From Octopus sinensis (lineage: Eukaryota): a stretch of 64,000 nt of DNA. Location: the NCBI RefSeq assembly GCF_006345805.1, contig NC_043001.1, positions 114,762,001 through 114,826,000 on the forward strand, given 5' to 3'. The notes under the pieces are model-generated. The model made no database searches. It saw only the letters and a program-made list of their open reading frames with translations, and was not told where the DNA came from. This document shows, in pieces, positions 53,273-64,000 of the stretch (position 1 is the stretch's first letter; the number at the start of each line of letters is the position of its first letter). Both the position numbers and the translations under genes were made by a program.

Positions 53273-56200
53273 TATTGCTATTATTTCTAACACTGTAGAA
53301 TGTTCCTAATTTCGACAAATGGTTGTAATTGATTACGGTGATAAGTATGACAAATGAAGTCGGTGTATTGCGTGGGTCAAACAACGGACTTGAAGTGATT
53401 TAACTAAATATATTTTAGTTTGCGCTCATAGCGTAAACCAAATGAAATAGATAACACTATATATTTCACTTTTACTGTACTGATTTGAATGAACATAACG
53501 TAAACTGAATTAATCAAATAACACAATATATTTCACTTACTACGCAACTACTTTCAACACACAACGTTAAGCTAATTAACTAAATAACACAGGGTATATC
53601 AATCACCTCTCAACTAATTAGAACAAATAACGTAAAATGAATTAGCAAAATTTTACTATATATTCTAATTTTCGTCTTATTATTTTGAACATGTAGCTTA
53701 ACATTAATTAACTAAAATCCACAACATGTTTTATTTACCACAGTCTGATTCATTTACTTCACTAATAATAATGATAACTTGTAAAATGAGCTCAGATTCA
53801 TATAGTTTCGAGGTGGAATAAAGACCAGATCGTAATTTTCCGGCGGCCTACTTACTGTGTCACCTGATTGTTTCTATATAATTTCCGTATTAATAGGAAC
53901 AAGAACGAAGAAGAACAAGAATAGCAGCAGGTAGAAAAGGAGGGCCAAATAAACAAGAAGAAAGATAAGGGAATGGTGAGAAAAATTCGATTAAAAATAA
54001 AAAGACAGAAGAGCGGAAGAAGATAAAGATTTTCCCAAAAATATAATTTATAATAATGCAGTCTAAAATATTTATTATTAACGAGCATCTTCATTAGGAT
54101 GATGTCAACTCTAGATAGATCGCAATAATATGATACAATATTGGCAAAATATAACTAGACCTGATATATTTAGATTGATATTCCTGAATATGTAGGGCAC
54201 CTCTTTCATTACCAAAAGATAGATAGTGATTCAACGAGCGCTAAAACACTTGAATGCCGCTGGACGAAACAAGTTACTTTAAATTTGTCCGTTGCCATAA
54301 CTGTTATATTAGCACCTTTGCAATTTTTTCTTCATTAAATCGCATAGAAAATGCGTTCTGAACCCCATCTGATATTAGGTTAGTTGTCACCCTACAAGTG
54401 ACAAATTCATTACGTATAGAGAAATAGTCACATATTAATGAATTTTTGAGGTGATTTAATGCTAATTATTAAATGAAAATCAATTACATGTTCACTAACT
54501 CTCAGTTCTACAATATAGTCATCAATTATGTAACGTAATATATGAAACTAACTATTGTTGGTATTTCGTGGTTTGTTTTCATGTGATACATTTTGTCTCA
54601 CGAAATGATATCCTCGTATCGATAACATAGGGAGATTATATGATGAACTAAGACATATAGCCTAAACGAAAGCTATGTACTATTGCATTCAAATTCGTTA
54701 TAGAAATCTGCCGATGATTTAGAAACAAAAACTATTAAAAACTAAAGAAATAACGAAAAAAAATTGAAATTGAACGTCGTCGATTTGAAGTCAAATAAAT
54801 ACGTTGGTTTTGTTTCTAAATTTACCCACATCCATCTAATTCTTACTTGATTAATAGACTAATGATAAAAATATTCCAAGAATTACCAGACCATCGCACT
54901 TCAGTAAATGTGTAACCATAAGCGCGTTATCCGTTGCAGGTGATTTTAATGATGTTAGAGTCGTTATTCTTAAGTTTCAGATGGCTAGTTGAACTCACTT
55001 ATAATCGGAATCATTCCAGCCGTGGCCATCGCATTTCTTTTAATGTAAACTGTACTCAGGATTACATTATTCAACCTAGTCCTCTGGCGAAAAAGACGAC
55101 TAATGCAATTTGAGGGAGATTTTGCTGATATATCTAACTGGTCAACCGAGCATGTAAAGGCTCTCTTTTGGATCGAAGACGCTAGAGTGACTTATGATTG
55201 CGTGATATAGAGAGTTAACAGCACTTCTTTGCAGATTGTTCGCACGGTTAGGGGACTTCTGATTGACGGCCAGTATGAATAGTTTGCCAGAACTGTTCAG
55301 AATTAGAAATACATTACGTTTAGCTAAAATAAATAACAGCAGAATTTATCTCAAAGCAAACATTTTCAAATAATGATATAAGTCTTACATTAGCAACACA
55401 TTTTTCATTCAATATTCAATAATGATCGATATTTCATTATTATTTTCACATAAATATATAATTGTGTTGGTGTATGTGTGTTTGCGTTTCATTTCTTGTT
55501 GATTCACTGGCTATTATTTAGCGGAATGAAAAAAGAATAACTCCGTATCGGATATATTAATGGTAATATTATATACAATTGAAGGAAGCCAGAAAACAGG
55601 AATTACAAAGAATAAAATAATAACGGAAAAGACATTTCTGTAACAAGGCTGTAACAAGACTTCAACCAATCTGAAGTTTCTGCTACGAAAATCACTGTTC
55701 AAAAATGGCGACTTGCGTGAAGACATCTCATAAAGACTGCTGTATGTATTATGGAAATGAATTGAAATGAAGTTGCTGAGCCGGACCATTTCATTTCTTA
55801 TTTGGTTTTGTTATTAGTATTGTTATTATTGTTATTGATATTTGCATTATTAGTGGTAGTATTATTAGTATTTGTATTATGTTTTATATATGACTGTTAT
55901 TGTAGATGATGATAAAGTTGTCATTGTATTTTTTGTTGTTGTTACAGATATTGTTTATCGTTATTAACTGCAAGCCGCCATGTCTTTGAATGCAGTTCCA
56001 TTCTTTCTGTAGCTAATAAAATATGAAATGAAGTGTGAAGCTGTAATAAATAAATAAGTGAATAATAAACCAAGTAGGTGAGTTTGGGAACAAAAACAAA
56101 ATAGTGATGGCAATAAATACATAGGAAGAACAAAAAAACAAACAACTATTCAAAACTTTTCAAAACTATAAAATGAAAGGATGAATAAAGAGGAAACGAG

Positions 56201-56329
56201 AGGAAAACGGAAGAAACGGGAAGGACAACGAAAGAAATGAATAATGAAGGAAAGGAAGAAAAAAGAAATAGGAGAGAGAAAAAAACGTCTAGGTGGAAAT
56301 CAAGATTGAGATAATAGAAATACATATAT

Positions 56330-56363
56330 GTACACACACACACACACACATATATATGTGTGT

Positions 56364-56403
<40 letters not shown>

Positions 56404-56500
56404 ACAATATGTAATATATATATACGTATATAGATCATATATAGATTATATGTATGACATATATTTTTTATATATATGTATATATATGTATATCTATAAG

Positions 56501-56574
<74 letters not shown>

Positions 56575-56645
56575 GTATATATATATATATATATATATAC
56601 GTATATAAATATATATATATATATATAATATATATATATATATAT
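56330..56645. repeat. Long interrupted (AT)n tract
   Basis: Read directly; similar tracts at 62350-62570 and 63250-63520. Confidence 0.93.
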
Positions 56646-57100
56646 CCTCCTTTATCTTTCGGCGATTCTCTTTCTCTGTGCATATATACGTGTGTCTGTG
56701 CGCGCGCGCTTGTATGCGTGTGTATACGGTGAAAGAGACGAACAGACAGACAGATACACAGATAGATAGATGGATAGATTGCCAAAGAACTAGATAGGAA
56801 GATTAATGTGCATACTAATATCCGTAAGCAAATGCGATGTATAAATTCGTTACACTGTAATATCATTCTAAAGTTTCAACTATTCGTCCTTTTATACTAT
56901 TTCAGCATATTGTCTGTCAGTTAAAACATGGTTCCATCGTCGGTGTTGAATTTTTTTTACCCTAATTTCGTAACGTATGACGTTAAAGTTAACTTCATCG
57001 AAAAGGCCGATATTTGTGGAAGCCCATGAATTTGGCAATGTTCTATAATACCGAGAGGTGACTATAATATAGCCTTTTAAAAAGTGCTTACTTAGGGAGA

Positions 57101-57487
57101 GGAGGCGCAATGGCCCAGTGGTTAGGGCAGCGGACTCGCGGTCATAGGATCGCGTTTTCGATTCTCAGACCAGGCGTTGTGAGTGTTTATTGAGCGAAAA
57201 CGCCTAAAGCTCCACGAGGCTCCGGCAGGGGACTGTGGTGATCCCTGCTGTACTCTTTCACCACAACTTTCTCTCACTCTTACTTCCTGTTTCTGTTGTA
57301 CCTGTATTTCAAAGAGCCGGCCTTGTCACTCTCTGTGACACGCTGAATATCCCCGAGAACTACGTTAAGGGTACACGTGTCTGTGAAGTGCTCAGCCACT
57401 TACACGTTAATTTCACGAGCAGGCTGTTCCGTTGATTCGGATCAACCGGAACCCTCATCGTCGTAAACGACGGAGTGCCTCCCTTCC
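57101..57487 (+). mobile_element. SINE family B, full length
   Basis: Perfect TSD CTTAGGGAGA at 57091-57100 and 57488-57497. Confidence 0.94.
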
Positions 57488-58781
57488 CTTAGGGAGAGAA
57501 CGTTTCAAAACCTTCATACTTCTGAGAATACAAGATTTCTTGTTTGTTCTTATCTTATGCTTATTTAAATGTATCACTACATTAAGCAGTTAACGTTACA
57601 GTTGAGTGTACATACAATCTTAAAATAACACAGGAGCGCCTCAAACGATGGATTGGGAAACAAAACTTTGTTAAGCACTAATAAAATTTCCTGGCATGCA
57701 AGGAGCTTGACTGAAATACATGTAATAATCCGCATATGGCAATCAAATATTTGGAAGTTAAGAAAACTGGCCTTCTCCGTGTGTGTGCATGGAGAGACTT
57801 CTTCTATATAGAACTGAAACATCGTCTATGCAGGGGAAGCTTCAAGATCGCTTTGTTCATACACCAGTCTTTTCCAGAGGTCTCAAACTATAATATAGCA
57901 TGAGTAGAAGACTGAAGAGAATTACGGACACATTCAACCACACAACACTACAACTATTACTCAACGGAAGATAAACGTTGCTGAACAAGGCTTTCATGCT
58001 GGTTAGATTTATGGAGACATCCCGCAACTTAATATAAGACGAGAACCAATCAACCACATTATCGTCACTGACAAAGACACAGAAAAAGAAATTAAGGTCC
58101 TACTAAAATTAACTGAGATGAGTGATCCCTGATACAGTGCGGTGAAAAGAATGACGGTTACAGCTGCTCGAAGATCTTCCAGTCAGATCAATAACTGAAT
58201 TTCATCAGGCGTCTTATCCTTAGTTATGTACTTAGCATTGGGCTGGATTCCGACATGAAAGCTGTATTATAAATATTCTTGTTTTGAAACCCTGTTGGAA
58301 TCCATTCTACCTACAGTCCATGTAGCAGGTACCTTATAAAGATCACAGATCAAATTGATCGAAAATAAATATTAACTCATCTCAAACCTTAATATGTATA
58401 ACGTATTATTGGCTTCTGTCAGTTCCAATTCAGTAAAGCCATCGAATAAATACTAAATCTGTATTTGAAGCTTTAAATGAATGAAAGATGAAAACGTGAT
58501 TGGTCTACATGTTCGATCATCGCAAGAAATTTCTCAAACATATCATTTATATGTAAATGTCGTTTGCCTGTCACTTTATCCAGTGGCGAAATATTGTATT
58601 TTACTTACGTCATTGGTGGTACAAGTGCATGTTTCGTTAATGTTGGTAAATGAGTAACATATTTTAAACACATACAACCCCCAGCAACACAGTTACCAAC
58701 TTACAAACATTCCCACGGTCATACAAATACTCCAACATACGTGTATAAATATATGTATATGTGTGTGTGTGTATGATGTAA

Positions 58782-58852
<71 letters not shown>

Positions 58853-59038
58853 TGTTTCTTTATTAGCCACACAGGGCTGCACACAGACAGAACAAATTAC
58901 AAGGTAGAGTTTTTCTTTTGGGGGTAAAAAAAAGGGGGTTGGTTTTCGATCAAAAGGGATCGTAACAGGAAAGAAAGAGGACAAAAAAAGGGGAGGATTT
59001 AAAAAAAGATAGATAGATAGATAGATAGATAAATAGAT

Positions 59039-59113
<75 letters not shown>

Positions 59114-60544
59114 CAGATAGATAGATAGACAGACAGATAGACAGACATACGGACATATATACATAAACAAATGGCTGCTTATATGCATGAGTACATACAC
59201 CCATACATACACATACATAGTGTGTAGGTGCACGTGGTGTGCTTACGTTTGCAGGTATTTATGTGTTTGTGGATTGCCTGTGTGCGTGCATGTTTATGTG
59301 TTTGTGCGTGTGAGTGTGTGTTTGTGTGTATATATGTATGTGTCTGTGTGCGCGCGTACGCGCGTGAGTGTGTGTATAAACGTAGAAAGAAAAAGCGGAT
59401 AGGCGAAGCAATTGCGATGTTAAATTATTTCTGTACTTAAATTAGTGGACCGTGTTTTCTAATCCATTACAGGCATTCCATCTTGGCATTGTTTAATTCC
59501 TTAATCACTTGGACATGGACATTCTACATCTCAGTAAACCATTACCCAGTCATACTCACACTCGCAATTTCATGTAGCCCGAGAGGCATATAAAGTTACT
59601 TTTAAATAGTTTACTTTCGAACACAGACAACAGCTGCAGCCTTTTGGAAAACCTCATCTACTGATCTAATTCCCATAATTTAGGTATATATACATGTGTG
59701 TGTGTGTGTGTAGGTCTATATATACGTGTGTTTTAATACTACATGGATTTTCGTAATGAATTATGCAACAGACTGCGGTATTTGCATTGTTAGCAGACAC
59801 CCGAACTGCCTATATTCTCTTGCGAATGACTAATTTATCAATGAAGTTAATTTGCTTTTAAATCGCTTCAGTGTATGCATATGAGTGAAATATTATTAAG
59901 CAATGAATTGAAACTATGCAATCACTTTGTAATTCAATAACGGACTTGGAATTGAAATTTTATTCTGTTCCATTAATGTATCGATTTAATTTAATATCAC
60001 ATCTACCTAATCACTTTCGACTGAATTTCATAGTTTGATGTGACGTTTGTGCTAAAAATTATTCACCCACATTAACATGTACATAAGTGTCTTTCAGAAA
60101 CTTTGCCCATACTAAATTAAACAATGCAGTGTATGGCGTTCTGTTTTATGTTCTATTTCCTACATAATCTTGTGAGATTTTCGTACGTGAGCTGGGATTT
60201 TCAATATTAAATTACGTATAAGCTATAATAATCCATCGATGTCTGTATGTCTACATGAACTTGCAATGATGATGATACATGCTTAAATGTCTGAACTGTA
60301 CTGATTGGTATATTTAATATCATTTATCCTTTTCAAAAACGGAAAGACTTGAATATAACGGATTTGTAGAAGGTATACTAACTTCTAAAATCATTTCATT
60401 TTAATTCATTGTAACTGTGTCATATTTGAACTTAAACTCAAAATAAGCTCTAGTCATCAATTCCAGAAGGTGGGCTACTCCTGAAATTATCTTTGCTGTT
60501 CACTGATATATTTTTAGATACAACGATAAAATCAATGTCCTTAC

Positions 60545-60633
60545 GAGAAGAATTCGCGAAGCCGTTCGTTCGTAGACAATTGGGGACACCTGACACGCCA
60601 TCCAGCTTCCTTTGGCTACAGTAATTTTTGGCA
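60545..60633 (-). CDS. Weak candidate 89-nt exon
   Basis: Acceptor TGTTTGCCTCTAG and donor CTC|GTAAGG; CpG-rich and open in two frames. No recognisable homology. Confidence 0.25.
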
Positions 60634-61574
60634 CTAGAGGCAAACACACACACACAAAGACACACACATGCATACAAATACACACACACTCGCGCACACA
60701 CATACACACACGCTCTCGCACACACATGCATACACAAACACAAACATATACATATACACACACATCGTATGATAGGAAGCTTGCTTTCCAACCGCATGGA
60801 TCCGAGTTCAGTCCAACTGCGTGGCACTTTAACGTGGGTGCCCTTTAAGAAATGACGATACTGCAATTTTAAGCCCCCACCCCCCAAGACATCTCCAGCT
60901 GGTTTGCTTAGTCATATGTCCGCACACGATATTTATTGCGAGGGGGAGATAATTCCTGCCATCCTACCTTCGAGATAACCAAACAACAAGTGATTTCGAT
61001 GTTGTTAGCTTACCATCTTTTGCCAAGCATTGCAGTTGTTCAACGCCTTGTGGAATATATAGAAAATAGAGTGTAATGCAATCAATGATATTCTAACTAG
61101 GAAACTAGTCCGTTAGAAACTCTCTATTCAAGATAAAACATTTCTTCGACATTAAACTACTACCATGATTAGCAAACGAGTGCCCATCACCGAAGAAATC
61201 CAAGAAGATTGAAATCACGTTGTCTGGTCTTCACAAAGATAGGATGGCAAGCTTATTTCTCGAGTACAGAAAATGCAGTGAATAAACCAACTAGAAGTGT
61301 CAACCCAGGATTAATATCGCAGTATCGTCGTCTCTTAGGGAACATCAAATTTAACGTGGGGATAAATAATATGTGTGTGTGTGCATGCGTATGTGTGTAT
61401 GTGTGCACGTGAGTCCGTGTTGTGTGCGCGTGCGTGCGCTTGCGTGCGGGGTTGCATGTGTGTGTTCATGTGCGTGTTTGTGAGGGCGTGCGTCCGTGTG
61501 TGTGTGTGCGTGCGTGTGTGCGTGTGTATGCGTGCGAGCGTCCGTCTGTGTGTGTGTGCGCGCACGCGTGTGTG

Positions 61575-61870
61575 AAGGCGCTTAGCCTAGCGGTTAAGGT
61601 TATGCTCTCACGATCGCTAGATCATAGGTTCTGTTCCCTGACTGGGCGGTGCGCTGTGTTCTTGAACAAAACACTTCATTTATAATTGTTCCAGTTCACT
61701 CGGCTGTAAATGGGTAAGGTCGTGACAGAATAGTCTTCCGATCAGGTGGAATGTTAGCTTGATCGCTTAACCAGCGAACTGGGATCATTCGAATGCTAAA
61801 GCAACCCGAACCGCATTGTGACAAGCGATGTATAACGACATCTGAATAATCTGGTCGATACCATGATACA
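61575..61870 (+). mobile_element. Old tRNA-derived SINE, family D
   Basis: GGCGCTTAGCCTAGCGGTTAAGG head, box B-like GGTTCTGTTCC, and GTGTTCTTGAACAAAACACTT...GCTGTAAATGGGT core-like segment. Confidence 0.6.
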
Positions 61871-62111
61871 TACATATAAAGTCTAATATCGAAGGGAAAT
61901 GGAAATTAATAGAAAATTTTCACTTTCAGTGGCCTAGCGTGTACAAATTTAGTCCAAAGACTATGTCTTACTCATTTAATACAGAGGACATTTAAAAACA
62001 TAAGACGAATCCATTCGTGGGATTCAAAGCGTGTTGAATCCCAAGAGTGGATCCCTTATCTGCTTAAATGTACACTGCATTTTTATAAAGTCTAATAGAT
62101 AGATAGATAGG

Positions 62112-62149
<38 letters not shown>

Positions 62150-62402
62150 TAATGAATAGGTGGATAGAGGCATAGATACGTATATGTATAGATTTTTCTG
62201 CATATCTAAACATACATATCAATTGCTGTTAGCTAACGCACTCCGACTTTCTACATTTATTGTTATAGAGCTATTCCGAAGATATATTAAAATTTTTCCC
62301 TTTCTATAATACACACTTATACGCATACCAACAAATAGCCTTAGTTACACACCTATATAATATATAGATATATATTATATATATATATAGATATATATAT
62401 AT

Positions 62403-62434
<32 letters not shown>

Positions 62435-62522
62435 ATACATACATACTTGAGTGTGTGTGTTTCAATGCTTATTATATATTTATATAAATGTGAATGTGTG
62501 TATATATACATACATACATATA

Positions 62523-62575
<53 letters not shown>

Positions 62576-62974
62576 GGTGTGTATGTATGCATATTTACGT
62601 ATCTCTATGCATAAATGTGTATAGTGCGTCAGACAGTAAAATTCAAAACGCAGTCGTATTAATTTTATCCAGTATAAATTCATATCTTTCTCTTCTTTAT
62701 ATTGAAACCAATATATTTAATATTTACACTACGCCTTCTAAAACTCAATATAATCGATTTATGTAATTTCGAAATTGGTCAGTTATATTTTTTTTATCAT
62801 ATTAAATAACTCGAATGATGAATAGCGAAATGAAATTCTAGAAATTGCCTTCAAATTTTCGCGTAAATTAATCTCTTCTTCACAATGTGCATGTTAGAGG
62901 ACTATTTTACAGTCTCTTGTTGCTTTCATTAATATCATTACTATTGATATAGATATATATATATATATATATAG

Positions 62975-63010
<36 letters not shown>

Positions 63011-63478
63011 TGTGTGTGTGTGTGTGTGTGTGGTGTGTGTGTGTGGTGTGTGTGTGTGTGTTGTGTGTGTGTATGCGTGTATGTGTGTAAGCGTGTGCCT
63101 GTACTTATAAATTCGTTTAGATGTACTTACAGAGGCATACACACAAACAACAACTATACAGTCTATATATATTTACTAACATGCAAATATAATACTTCGT
63201 TTTTGTATCTGGTTTACAAGAATATTTCTGTCTGTGTGTGTGTGTGTATACATACATGCGTACATGTATATATATGTGTGTATATGTGTGTGTGTGTGTG
63301 TGTGCATATATATATTGTAAATTACATATATATGTATATATATATATATGAATATATATGTATATATATATATTATATATATATAACGTATATATTTGCA
63401 TACATGTACTCATGTTTATACAGATACACATACATAGATACATATATATATATACATATATATACACATACATATATG

Positions 63479-63510
<32 letters not shown>

Positions 63511-64000
63511 GATTATTTATATTATTATGTTTGAACGCCATGCATCCATTTCCAAGTAAGTTTATATATGTGTGTGTGGTGTGTGTGTGTGTGCGTGTTT
63601 GCATGCGTACACGCGCGCGTACGTGTCCAAGTTTGTATGAATCTAAGCAACACTATGATGCAATTTTTGAATTATTGGTTCCTATTTCTCACTCTTCTGT
63701 AGTTGTCGCAGATACTGATATTAGCAGCAACAACACCAGCAACAGCAGCGACTATAATACTTGTAATGGTAATAAATGTTAATAAAAATGAATACGGATT
63801 ATAAAATGATGCTGGAGAAGTGATAATAAGAGATTGTACGAAATAAAGATTGTTGATTGGAAGGGAAATAGCCAACAGCCTAATCGGGATTTGTTTAAAA
63901 CACCAATATGATATATATACATATATATATATAATATATATATAATATATATATCGCCATGTTGATTCGTTAGCTACTGCACGCATTTTTTTTCTCTCCT

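Noticed and set aside
55514-55789. ORF with a GPCR TM6-like stretch (ILFFVIPVFWLP)
   Set aside because: A single hydrophobic segment in T-rich DNA, with no convincing splice sites or other helices.
57780-58100. Possible RTE-type LINE remnant (LLYRTETSSM)
   Set aside because: One weak motif only.
58150-58225. Minus-strand CTGATGA motif
   Set aside because: No downstream GAAA or stem III.

Overview
Very AT-rich, microsatellite-dense eukaryotic genomic DNA. The SINE families and repeat composition strongly suggest a coleoid cephalopod (Octopus); this is inferred from memory of those families, not from a database search. I find no complete protein-coding gene, rRNA or CRISPR array, and most ORF-track entries are translated microsatellites or antisense reads of TE fragments. 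The window looks intronic or intergenic. Its mobile-element content is at least four tRNA-derived SINE families, several 5'-truncated R4/Dong-type RLE retrotransposon fragments lying in (TAA)n tracts, decayed Tc1, mariner and Chapaev-like DNA transposons, and a non-autonomous Helitron. It also holds several long inverted repeats and tandem duplications. The most interesting signal is three unrelated type-I minimal hammerhead-ribozyme-like folds (6439-6566 minus, 23838-23873 minus, 43929-43974 plus). Each has a palindromic, dimer-type stem III, and one is carried inside a tRNA-Ser-headed SINE. A few candidate minus-strand exons, one of them signal-peptide-like, may belong to a large host gene, but these are unproven.
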